Under the pieces are notes generated by a model, which worked only from the letters and a program-made list of their open reading frames with translations, was not told where the DNA came from and ran no database searches. A DNA stretch of 64,000 bases, taken from Candidatus Latescibacterota bacterium. Lineage in GTDB: Bacteria > Latescibacterota > UBA2968 > GCA-2709665. This document shows, piece by piece, positions 9,652 through 18,308 of this stretch (positions are counted from its first letter, which is position 1; each line of letters begins with the position of its first letter). Both the position numbers and the translations under genes were made by a program. The stretch is from NCBI GenBank assembly GCA_965222075.1, contig OZ244937.1, positions 1,888,001 to 1,952,000 on the forward strand, given 5' to 3'.

Positions 9652-10722
9652 CTAAAGCGAGGTGTCCATCGAAAGGGTATAGACGTGTTTCCGGTAAAAT
9701 CCACCGCTTTGGCGGGCGCCGTTGCGGAAAAACCCGTATTGGAGCGAAATACCGAAACGATCGGTCACCTGACGCGACAGCTTCAGCACCCCCATGGTCT
9801 GTTCGTACTCATCGACCTCCGATCCGCCCCCGGGCAGGGGAATCAGAGAATCGTCATACCTGCGGAACTGCACGTTCACATACGCCTGGCCGTCCACCCC
9901 ACCCACAAGGTGCCGGATCACCAGCGCCTGCACCCGGTGCGCGCTAAAGCCGTACCCAAAACTGTTGGATCGATTGTCTAAGAATCCATACGTCAGGTGA
10001 ACCAGCATCCCCCAGTAGACCTGGACGCCTGCGGAGCCCCCCCTCACCAGGTCCGATTGCCCGAATCCCAGGGGGACCACTCCCCCGCCAGGATCCCATT
10101 CCAGTGCGGGCCGGTCGTAGTCCAGCCACCGCCAGGTGACCCCCACACGCCCCCGCAACTGGCGGGATCTGCCATAACACCCTTCAATGCCCACTTCGTG
10201 CAGCGAAACCTCAGGCAGGAGCGCATCCCGTGAATCGTCTCCTCCCCGGCGGTAGTACAGGGTTCCGGAAGCCCCTTTGCTCAGGCGTGCCACAGCCCTG
10301 CCCTCCACCGACCCGCGCAGGTAGCCCTCCTCCCCTGGAACCCGGCTGACCTGCTTCACTTTCAGCACGCTGCTGTTGGACAGCACAACCCGCTTGGCCA
10401 CCCGGATCTGACCGGCCACCTCCAACCGGTTGACCACCACATCCCCGGCCCTGCCGTCCGCCTGCCGCTCCGCCTGCCAGAACCGCTTGATCCCTCCTTG
10501 ATGCTGGACGGACACGTATCCCCTGGACCGGCGCAGAAGGTATCCCGAAGCGAACACGTAAAGCCGGTTGACCCATCCCCCCTGCGGATCAACCTGCGCC
10601 TCAAAGAGGTTGCTGTCGTGCGCCATCCCCGCAACGGCGTGCACCTCCGCCGCCTGCCCCCCCTGTATGTCCCCCATCACCCCCAAAAGGACCACACCCA
10701 GCAGCACCCCCCGCCCCCTCAC
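9652..10722 (-). CDS. Putative outer-membrane beta-barrel protein
   Basis: Signal peptide; 'GMAHDSN' start motif; alternating amphipathic strands rich in G/Y/R; 'DNRSNSFGY'; overlaps the upstream stop. Confidence 0.7.
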   Translation of the reverse strand: MRGRGVLLGVVLLGVMGDIQGGQAAEVHAVAGMAHDSNLFEAQVDPQGGWVNRLYVFASGYLLRRSRGYVSVQHQGGIKRFWQAERQADGRAGDVVVNRLEVAGQIRVAKRVVLSNSSVLKVKQVSRVPGEEGYLRGSVEGRAVARLSKGASGTLYYRRGGDDSRDALLPEVSLHEVGIEGCYGRSRQLRGRVGVTWRWLDYDRPALEWDPGGGVVPLGFGQSDLVRGGSAGVQVYWGMLVHLTYGFLDNRSNSFGYGFSAHRVQALVIRHLVGGVDGQAYVNVQFRRYDDSLIPLPGGGSEVDEYEQTMGVLKLSRQVTDRFGISLQYGFFRNGARQSGGFYRKHVYTLSMDTSL

Positions 10723-11750
10723 TTCCGCTCCTCCAACATCTGCTGGATTCTCTTCCGAAAGACCGCAACCTGTTCCCTGAGCGCCCGGTCGCGTGCCCGA
10801 AGCACCGCCCGGTGCGCCTTCAATTTCTCGATCTCCACCGCGAGATCCCCCGCGCCCAGATCCGCCGGGAGGCCCTGTGCGCTGCCCGGGGACACCTCTC
10901 TGCCGGCCACCACATCTTCTGGGACAGACTCCCCCGACAAGGATTCCGTATCGGCGGCCACGTCCCCCCGGGCCGCAGCCTCAGGGGCACCCTCACCGGC
11001 CCCTTCGCCTCCAGAGGGAACCGCCGTCTGCTTTTCTCCGGCCGCAATCGCCCTCCCTTCGGGCAGATTCTCATCGAACAGCGTTGTCTCACGGGCAAAT
11101 GCCACGAACCGGGCACGCAGGCGCCGCTCTTCCCCTAATCGGCGCAAACGGCGTTCCGTCACCTGTACCTCCGCACGCAGCCGGGCCGCCATATCCTCCA
11201 TCAAATCGGCCTTCTGGCGGATCTCATCGAGCCCGTCATCCTCCCGAATCACCAGCAGATTGGCCTCGGGCTTGCCCGATCCGGCGGCAGTCTCCTGCGC
11301 CAGGGCCTCGCGCGCCTCCTGAAGGGCCGTCAACTGCCGGATCAACGCCCGGTCCGGGGCCTCACCTAACCGCCCGATCAACGCCCCGATCTCCCGGTCG
11401 TACGCCTCCCCGAACTGCTCCCGCAGCACCTTCAGCACCCTGCACACCCCTTCCAACTCACGGTCGACGGCCTCCACACGCCCCACCAGCCCTACGGACC
11501 TGCGCAGGGCCTCCTCCAGTGCGCCGCCCGCCCTTGTCCCTTCCCTCTCCGCCTTGAGGCTGTCGATTTGGGCCGAAAGACGCTCCAGTTCAGCCGTAAG
11601 CCGAGATCGATGGAACAGCAGGGAATCCTGCACGGCCTGCAACCGGTTCCACTCGGCCTGCTGAGCCTCAATCCCTTCGGGACCGGCCCTCACACTCCCT
11701 GTAAAGAGTGTCAAAGATAGTATACTGATTATAAAAAACTTAGATGTCAT
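10719..11750 (-). CDS. Exported long coiled-coil protein of unknown function
   Basis: Signal peptide; E/R/L/A heptad-rich; 'DDGLDEIRQKADLMED...ETTLFDE'. Confidence 0.75.
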   Translation of the reverse strand: MTSKFFIISILSLTLFTGSVRAGPEGIEAQQAEWNRLQAVQDSLLFHRSRLTAELERLSAQIDSLKAEREGTRAGGALEEALRRSVGLVGRVEAVDRELEGVCRVLKVLREQFGEAYDREIGALIGRLGEAPDRALIRQLTALQEAREALAQETAAGSGKPEANLLVIREDDGLDEIRQKADLMEDMAARLRAEVQVTERRLRRLGEERRLRARFVAFARETTLFDENLPEGRAIAAGEKQTAVPSGGEGAGEGAPEAAARGDVAADTESLSGESVPEDVVAGREVSPGSAQGLPADLGAGDLAVEIEKLKAHRAVLRARDRALREQVAVFRKRIQQMLEERK

Positions 11751-11796
11751 TCTGCAGGTCTCCTGACCACCACCTCCTGCTTACTGCCTTCTGCGT

Positions 11797-13176
11797 TCAC
11801 TCCAACCCGTACTTATCCAGTTTGTAATAAAGCGCGCTCGTTTTAATCCCCAAAATCTCGGCCGCCCGGGTCTTCACCCCCCTGGCCTGCGCCAGCGCCT
11901 GTTCGATAAGCTGCCGCTCCAACTCCTCCAGTTTTCGGGTCAGGGGAACCCGGCCCTCTGGAAGCGCTATCCCCTCTTCTCCTTGCGCCTGCTCAAACGT
12001 CAGCGGCAGATCGTTCGCATTGACCTCCTCCCCATCGGAAAGGACAACCGTGCGCTCGATTACATTTTCCAGTTCGCGCACATTTCCCGGCCAGCTGTAA
12101 TTCACCAGCGCCTCCAGAGCCCGGTCCGCCAGCCGCACGATCGGCCGGTTCATCTCCCTGCATTTCTTCTGCAAAAAGTGTTCCACCAGGTCAGGGATAT
12201 CCCCTTTTCGCGCCCTCAAGGGCGGCAGGTGGATCGGGATCACCTCCAGCCGGTAGAAGAGATCTTCCCGGAAACTCCTCTTGGCCACCATCTCCTTCAA
12301 GGAACGGTGCGTTGCCGCAACCACGCGCACATCCGCCTTGAGCGTCTCCTCTCCCCCAACCCGGTCAAACTCATTCTCCTGGAGCACCCGCAGCAGGTGG
12401 ACCTGGACCTCTAAGGGGATATCGCCGATCTCATCTAAGAAGATCGTCCCCCTCTCCCCCAACTCGAACTTCCCCTTTTTCCGCCGAACCGCTCCCGTAA
12501 ACGCCCCCTTTTCATGCCCGAAAAGCTCACTCTCCACCAGTTCTCTGGGCAGAGATCCGCAGTTGACCTTTACAAATGGCCCCTCCTTGCGGGCGCTCTC
12601 CCGGTGGATTGCCCTGGCCACCAACTCCTTCCCCGTACCGCTCTCTCCGTAGACCAGAACCACCGAATCGCTCGCTGCAACCTTCTGCACCGTCGCAAAA
12701 ACCTCCTGCATCCGGCTGCTCTCGCCCACCATCTCGCCGAAATTGTAGCGGCCGCCAATCTCCTCTCGGAGATAGCGATTCTCCTCATCCAGCCGCTCCC
12801 GCGCCTTCTGGGTCTCACGGTGCTCCAAGACCTTCTCCACCTTCAGCCGCAGGGCATCAGGCGGGAAGGGCTTGGCAATAAAATCGACCGCGCCCATCTT
12901 CATCGCCTCCACCGCAATCTCAATCGTCCCGTAGGCCGTAATCAAAACCACATCCGTATCCGGCCGTTCCTGCCGAACCGTCTGCAGCACCTCAAGCCCG
13001 TCCATCTCCTCCATCTTGTAGTCCGTAATCACCAGGTCAAACGCCTGCTCCTGCAACCGGCCCAGCCCCTCCGGGCCGCTGGCCGCCTCCACCGCTTCGT
13101 GTCCCATCCGTTCCATCACCAGCGCCACACCGCCTCGCATCGTCTCGTTGTCCTCAATGACCAGAACCCGGCTCAC
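11797..13176 (-). CDS. Sigma-54-dependent NtrC/AtoC-family response regulator
   Basis: Receiver domain (IEDN, TDYKM, FIAKPF), AAA+ GESGTGKE, GAFTGA, FLDEIG, 'WPGNVRELEN', Fis HTH. Start is GTG 13176 or TTG 13191. Confidence 0.96.
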   Translation of the reverse strand: MSRVLVIEDNETMRGGVALVMERMGHEAVEAASGPEGLGRLQEQAFDLVITDYKMEEMDGLEVLQTVRQERPDTDVVLITAYGTIEIAVEAMKMGAVDFIAKPFPPDALRLKVEKVLEHRETQKARERLDEENRYLREEIGGRYNFGEMVGESSRMQEVFATVQKVAASDSVVLVYGESGTGKELVARAIHRESARKEGPFVKVNCGSLPRELVESELFGHEKGAFTGAVRRKKGKFELGERGTIFLDEIGDIPLEVQVHLLRVLQENEFDRVGGEETLKADVRVVAATHRSLKEMVAKRSFREDLFYRLEVIPIHLPPLRARKGDIPDLVEHFLQKKCREMNRPIVRLADRALEALVNYSWPGNVRELENVIERTVVLSDGEEVNANDLPLTFEQAQGEEGIALPEGRVPLTRKLEELERQLIEQALAQARGVKTRAAEILGIKTSALYYKLDKYGLE

Positions 13177-13218
13177 AGGAGACCCTTTCAATTGAATATT
13201 GAAAAACCTTCACAATCT

Positions 13219-14685
13219 TCAACCTTTACTTCCCTCATACTCGGGCACCACCACCCGAAACACCGTCCCCACCCCCGGCTCGTTCTCTACCTCCACCCGT
13301 CCCCCGTTCTCTTCCACGACCTTCTGCACAATGGCCAGCCCCAACCCTGCGCCCTTTTCTCGAGTGGTAAAAAAGGGCTCAAACAGCCGTCCCATCACCT
13401 CCGCAGACATCCCCGATCCCGTATCGGCAACCGCAATTTCAACACCAGGTCTTGCCCGGCATGCCCGCATGGTCAGGGTCCCGCCCTCCGGCATGGCCTG
13501 CACCCCATTCACCATCAGGTTGATCAACACCCGCTTGAACTGGTCCACATCGACGTAAGCCTGGAGATCCTCTGGAATCTCCCGAACACAGCGAACCTCT
13601 GTGCCTTCCATCTCCGGAGCCAGAAGGAAGGCGACCTCTTCGGCCAGCTGCGCCACCCCAACCGGTGTGGGACTGGGGGGCGCAGGCCGGGCGAAATCCA
13701 TGAACTCCGAAATCACCCGCTTCAGGGTCTTCACCTCGCCAATCACCTTCTGGATGTGGACCTTGCGTGGATCGCCATCGGGCAGATCGCCCGCAATCAA
13801 CCCGGCATAGATCTCGATGCCTCCCAGGGGATTGCAGATCTCGTGCGCCACCCCCGCCAGCATCTGCCGGAGCTGCTCGTCCCGGGCCAGGATCTTGCGC
13901 CGCATCTCCTCCATCGTCTCCCCGAGATACCCCAGTTCATCCCGGGAAGACGGCGCCACCGGTTGGTCCAGGTTGCCGCGGCCGATCGCTTGCGCAGCCC
14001 GGACCAGGCGGTAGGTCGGCCTCGTCAGCGTCCGTGCCAGGCCCAGCCCGATCGCCACGGTCAGCACGGCGCTGATGCTCCCCAAAATCAGAACCGACTG
14101 CCCAAAGGCCCGGATCGCATCCAGAAACCCCGCTCCGATATCGACCCCCACGCCCCCCACCACCTCCTCCCCGGCATGGATCGGCGCATAACCCGACTTA
14201 TACTCAACCCCGTCTTCGCCCTGAAAGCGTAGCGAATGCGCCGGCTTTCCCACCCAGACCGAATCCAGTTCTGACCGGTCGATCCGGAGTCGAACGTACT
14301 CCCGCCCAATCGGGACATCCGGTTTCGTATCCAGAAGGCTCCGCCCCTGTCGGTCAAACACATAGATCCGGCGCGCATCCACCATATCCCGGGCCCGCCG
14401 GAGCCGGTTCGTCAGACGCTTGTAAAGCCGCCCCCCTTCATATCCGGGCTGCAGCCAGCTCACCGCATCCCCGTCGATCCCCTCTGCAACCAGTTGTGCC
14501 ACGGCCAAGAGCCGCTCGCTCATCTGGCGCTCCAGGCTGCGGCGCGTCAAACTGTAGAGCACCCAGCCGGTGCCCCCAACCACAACCATCACAAACGCAA
14601 CAAAGGTCAAAACCAGCCTGCGCCCAATCCGTCCCCGGAACGCCGGAGACGCGACTTTGCCCTGCTGGGGTCCTCTCACGTTCAC
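13219..14685 (-). CDS. Membrane sensor histidine kinase (periplasmic sensor, HAMP, HisKA, HATPase)
   Basis: Two TMs; HAMP 'DELGYLG'; H-box AHEICNPL; N-box NLMVNGVQAM; DTGSG, FEPFFTT, GAGLGL. Start approximate. Confidence 0.94.
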   Translation of the reverse strand: MNVRGPQQGKVASPAFRGRIGRRLVLTFVAFVMVVVGGTGWVLYSLTRRSLERQMSERLLAVAQLVAEGIDGDAVSWLQPGYEGGRLYKRLTNRLRRARDMVDARRIYVFDRQGRSLLDTKPDVPIGREYVRLRIDRSELDSVWVGKPAHSLRFQGEDGVEYKSGYAPIHAGEEVVGGVGVDIGAGFLDAIRAFGQSVLILGSISAVLTVAIGLGLARTLTRPTYRLVRAAQAIGRGNLDQPVAPSSRDELGYLGETMEEMRRKILARDEQLRQMLAGVAHEICNPLGGIEIYAGLIAGDLPDGDPRKVHIQKVIGEVKTLKRVISEFMDFARPAPPSPTPVGVAQLAEEVAFLLAPEMEGTEVRCVREIPEDLQAYVDVDQFKRVLINLMVNGVQAMPEGGTLTMRACRARPGVEIAVADTGSGMSAEVMGRLFEPFFTTREKGAGLGLAIVQKVVEENGGRVEVENEPGVGTVFRVVVPEYEGSKG

Positions 14686-14861
14686 CTCTGTTCGTTCCCC
14701 CCGGCAGAAGCCCCCGGGAATGAGCGATTCCAAACCGCTGACAGGTCCAAAAGGATTCCCAGTTCCACACTTTGGACGCCAAGACAAAAGCCGATTTGAA
14801 CACCCTCAGGCCCAAAACCGGGAGGATCCTTCAAATCGGCTCTCTCCTGGACAAGCTGCCC

Positions 14862-15488
14862 TTACTCGCGAAAGCGGAAGGTCTGGGTCACCTGTCGATA
14901 GACCTCTACATCGATAATAAAACCGATAGCTGTCGTCGATGTATCGGGGGCGCCCAGCGTATGGACCGCATACCCCAGTCCCTGCCGAGACAGATAGGTT
15001 TCATACATCACACGGTTTCCCTCCCCATGGACCAGCTCTTCGGCGGATTCGCCGTTAATCACCAGCGAGCGTCGGGAGCGCAGCTTCTCTCCCACCTGTC
15101 CGGTCCGGATATCGCCCAGGTCTTTCGGCGCCGCCGAAGGGTTTCGAAGGCGAAAAACATCCACAAAAAAAGGGGCAAGAACCGACGCCCGCTCGGTAGG
15201 GGGGACCACCACGGCCACCGGTTCAAAGACCGAAGTGTCCGGAGGCTGATACTGATGAGAAAACGTCAATTCCCTCTCGGGGATAATAAACCATCCTGCC
15301 TGAGCCAGCTCCTGGGGTACCGAAATCTCAAACCCAAACTCACGGCTGACAAACCGATTCGTGGCTTCAGGCACATTGGTGCCACATCCACCCAAGAGGA
15401 AGGCGAACAGCCCCCAAAGGACCAGCAGAAAAGCCCGGCAGGCCCTATCTCCTGTAAAAATCCCACTCCCCTGTCTTAAGTCTCGCAC
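14862..15488 (-). CDS. Putative lipoprotein (PsbP-like fold possible)
   Basis: Hydrophobic stretch ending LLGGC; 'FGFEISVP..W'; ends 'VTQTFRF'. Overlaps the DUF971 gene. Confidence 0.6.
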   Translation of the reverse strand: MRDLRQGSGIFTGDRACRAFLLVLWGLFAFLLGGCGTNVPEATNRFVSREFGFEISVPQELAQAGWFIIPERELTFSHQYQPPDTSVFEPVAVVVPPTERASVLAPFFVDVFRLRNPSAAPKDLGDIRTGQVGEKLRSRRSLVINGESAEELVHGEGNRVMYETYLSRQGLGYAVHTLGAPDTSTTAIGFIIDVEVYRQVTQTFRFRE

Positions 15489-15826
15489 AGTTCTTCTCCC
15501 AGTTCATCAATCAGTTTCCACAGGTAATCATAGGTATAAATACCCGTATCGTGTCCGTCGCTCCATTTGATCTGAACCGCATACCGGCCCACCGGAACCA
15601 CCGTTGAGACCTCATCGGTAGCCGTCATCTCGGCAGCGCTGAGCATGGGCAACCCATCCTCCTCTGCCTGCCTTCCCCGCCGGTCGACACACAGCGCACA
15701 CGGACAGCACCTGCGCAGGTAAGACAGCTTGATCCGGCGCCTTCCAACGCCCTTCCACTCAATCTCCATCTCCCCTGCTTCCCGCCGGACATTGATGCGC
15801 AAGGGAACATTCGATTTTGATGTCAC
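15476..15826 (-). CDS. DUF971 / GBBH-like N-terminal domain protein
   Basis: 'LRRCCPCALC' and 'VGRYAVQIKWSDGHDTGIYTYDYL'. Confidence 0.88.
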   Translation of the reverse strand: MTSKSNVPLRINVRREAGEMEIEWKGVGRRRIKLSYLRRCCPCALCVDRRGRQAEEDGLPMLSAAEMTATDEVSTVVPVGRYAVQIKWSDGHDTGIYTYDYLWKLIDELGEELCET

Positions 15827-15993
15827 AACACCCTATCCATCAAGCATCACGAGGCCTCTTTCAGCCTCAAATTTAAGCTTGACTTTTTCTCTTAGTGAAC
15901 TAAATTAATTTCATTGATAACTTGTCTGTTTAAAACCGTCATTCTGAAAGACGTTTTCGCCGTATTTCGATATTTTTCAGGCCGTTTTCAACG

Positions 15994-16033
15994 CCGGGCC
16001 GGGCTGAAGAAAGCCATCGGCCCGGAACTTTTT
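15994..16033 (+). terminator. Terminator-like hairpin in the leader of the TonB-like gene
   Basis: CCGGGCCG-GGCT-GAAGAA-AGCC-AT-CGGCCCGG followed by AACTTTTT. Confidence 0.45.
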
Positions 16034-16102
16034 GTATGTATCAGGGGTCTATGTGGGTGGTTAATTCACCTCAGGGTATCCCCATAAACAACGGCAATCG
16101 CA

Positions 16103-16864
16103 ATGGACTTTATCCACATCCGTTACGGAGGTAGCATCTTTGCCGCTCTGGCCCGGGTCCGGGAGCGGCACCAGCGCTTTCAGCGCCTCCTTGCGGACCG
16201 GCCAGGCATTCGAGTCGAAACACGTGTCAAAAACCCGCAAGTGGACCTCAAAGCGAGCTATAGGCGCCGGTTTGCCCAGTCGTCTCTGGCCTCTGTGTTG
16301 TTCTGCCTTGCCCTCCTCCTCTACCCCAAGCACGGTCCCACCCTCTCCTTGACCACCGTCCCCACGCCGGTGATCCGGATTCAGAACATCCCCGAAACCA
16401 CCCAGCGGATGCGTCCCCCTCCGCCGCCCCGTCCCAGCGTCCCCCTCGCTGTAGAGGGCGACGAAGTCCCCGAAGACGTCACCATCGAGTCCACGGAACT
16501 CGACCTGGACAGCGTCCTTCCGAACCTGCGCATCACAGGTCCGGTCACATTGGGTCCGCTTGCAGAGGAACCCCTGAATATTGATGAAATTGGAATAACA
16601 CCCAGACCCAGCAAGATTACCATGCCGAATGTAGAATTGGTAAAAAAATACAAACTAAAAAAAGAAACGAAAGTAACCCTTAGAGTGCTGGTCAACAAAA
16701 AAGGTAACGTTGTACACGTAGAGGTTCTCAGCGGTCCCGAGGTTCTCCACAAAGAGGCCATGAAGATTGCGTATCTGGGCCGCTACTTCCCCATAAAGTA
16801 TAAGGGAAGAAAGCGAAAGTTCTGGACAAAGGTAGACATCGATTTTAAACCGGATTCAAACTGA
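16103..16864 (+). CDS. Energy transducer TonB-family protein with divergent C-terminal domain
   Basis: 'KNPQVDLKASY', single TM, Pro-rich linker 'PPPPPRP...EDVTIESTELD', TonB_C-like 'LRVLVNKKGNV..VEVLSGP'. Confidence 0.75.
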   Translation: MDFIHIRYGGSIFAALARVRERHQRFQRLLADRPGIRVETRVKNPQVDLKASYRRRFAQSSLASVLFCLALLLYPKHGPTLSLTTVPTPVIRIQNIPETTQRMRPPPPPRPSVPLAVEGDEVPEDVTIESTELDLDSVLPNLRITGPVTLGPLAEEPLNIDEIGITPRPSKITMPNVELVKKYKLKKETKVTLRVLVNKKGNVVHVEVLSGPEVLHKEAMKIAYLGRYFPIKYKGRKRKFWTKVDIDFKPDSN

Positions 16865-16967
16865 CTCCGCCCTTCTCCCCGCTCTTCAATATCGGTAATC
16901 ATCCCGTCCCCGCAGCCGCCTGGAAAGCATCCGGACGATAGTGAGCACAACACGCCCTGAATCAGTA

Positions 16968-17660
16968 TCACCGGACCAATCGGTGTCGAAGCGCGAGTTC
17001 CTGGAGCAAAATCCCATACTGCTCCCGAAGTTCCGGACGCAACGCGAAAGCCCGACCGTATGCCACCGCGGCATTCTCAAAAAATCCCTGGGCCGTCAGC
17101 ACCCGCCCCATCAGCAAATAATTGGGCGCATAATCGGGCGCGCGTTCACTCGTCCTGGTCACCATATCCAGGGCCTGCTCAAGCCGCCGGCGCTGTAAGT
17201 AGGTCCACCCCAACCCCTGATAGGCCTGGATCATATTCGGATCTCGTTTCAGGGCCTGGCGATAGTACATTTCTGCAAGATCGAAGTCCCCCTGTATCTG
17301 GTATAAAAACCCAAGAGCCACCACCACCCCCACATCCGTTGAGTCCAGAACCGAAATCCGTCTACACATCCGGATGGCCTGAGCATAGGCGTCTAAATGG
17401 ATGGATGCGCTGGCCAGAAGGCGCAGTGCCTGGACGTGTGACGAGTCTCGACCGACAAGCTCATGGAGCTCCTCAGCCGCTGCCGCATAATCGCCCGCCT
17501 GCATGGCCTGAATGGGTCCGTACAGTTCCGGAGAAACCTCTACTGAAATCGAATCGCTCTGAAATCCGGGGGTGAGATCCCCTGCCTCCTCAGCAGCAGC
17601 CGGCACCGTGCAGACCGCGGCCCACAATCCTGCCACGGCAAGCACACCTCTCAAGCCCAT
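16968..17660 (-). CDS. Exported tetratricopeptide-repeat protein
   Basis: Signal peptide from ATG 17660; TPR patterns 'ALGFLY...AEMYYRQAL..DP', 'AYQGLG', 'YGRAFALRP'. Confidence 0.85.
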   Translation of the reverse strand: MGLRGVLAVAGLWAAVCTVPAAAEEAGDLTPGFQSDSISVEVSPELYGPIQAMQAGDYAAAAEELHELVGRDSSHVQALRLLASASIHLDAYAQAIRMCRRISVLDSTDVGVVVALGFLYQIQGDFDLAEMYYRQALKRDPNMIQAYQGLGWTYLQRRRLEQALDMVTRTSERAPDYAPNYLLMGRVLTAQGFFENAAVAYGRAFALRPELREQYGILLQELALRHRLVR

Positions 17661-17894
17661 CCTGTCCCCTTCTCTACGCACCAAATTGACAATCCTGCCC
17701 ATTTCTCCCTCGATCCCGGTTCTCTCCACGCCCCCTCACGCATCTCGCCTCCCGCGCCTCCGGTGCGGGGGGAAGGGGCTTTTCCGCGCAGATCCCTCCA
17801 GCACCACCGCCCAAAAACGCCCAAAAGGTCCGCAGGACAGGAACGCCTGCTTACACCACAGGGGCAGTTCGCGGGCAGCCCAAGCGTCTGAGCG

Positions 17895-17974
17895 GCCTGC
17901 CTGCAGCGCGGTGCGCCGCGCAGGCAGGCGCCCTTCTTTTTGGGCCTTTTTCTTGGGCGATCAAGAAAAAGGCC
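17895..17974. repeat. Palindromic intergenic element (REP/MITE-like)
   Basis: GCCTGCCTGC...GCAGGCAGGC (17895-17929) and a perfect 13-bp stem GGCCTTTTTCTTG-ggcgat-CAAGAAAAAGGCC (17943-17974). Confidence 0.55.
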
Positions 17975-18043
17975 TCGCCGAAGGCATGGGGTGTGGAGGG
18001 GTTGTGGATGACGGAGACCGCAAGGTTATTTTCCAGGCAACTT

Positions 18044-18220
18044 CTAAGACCGAAGCACCGCATGGATCCGTTCGATCAGGGGCACTTCTTCGGGTATTTC
18101 CACAATAACCTGAATAACAGGCCGGTTGCGCCAGAGCCTCAAAACGAGTTCCCAGTCCACATCCAGCCTCTGGCACGCCAGCCGCGCCATCAACAGTGTG
18201 CCTATCAGTATCTTGATCAT
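18044..18220 (-). CDS. Possible small protein (58 aa)
   Basis: ATG 18220 after GGGAG; MIKILIGTLLMARLAC...IQVIVEIPEEVPLIERIHAVLRS. No family recognised. Confidence 0.35.
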   Translation of the reverse strand: MIKILIGTLLMARLACQRLDVDWELVLRLWRNRPVIQVIVEIPEEVPLIERIHAVLRS

Positions 18221-18308
18221 AACTCCCAAATCATACAAAAAAAGGCCCCTTTGAGTCAAGCCTCTTGAGAAGCGGGCACCGGGAACACCACTCCCGGGTC
18301 CGCAATCC

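Noticed and set aside
12514-14232. 572-aa plus-strand ORF
   Set aside because: Antisense shadow of the activator and kinase genes; His/Pro/Arg-rich with no motifs.
16570-16864. A-rich C-terminal region as a diversity-generating retroelement target
   Set aside because: No template repeat or reverse transcriptase is visible in the window.
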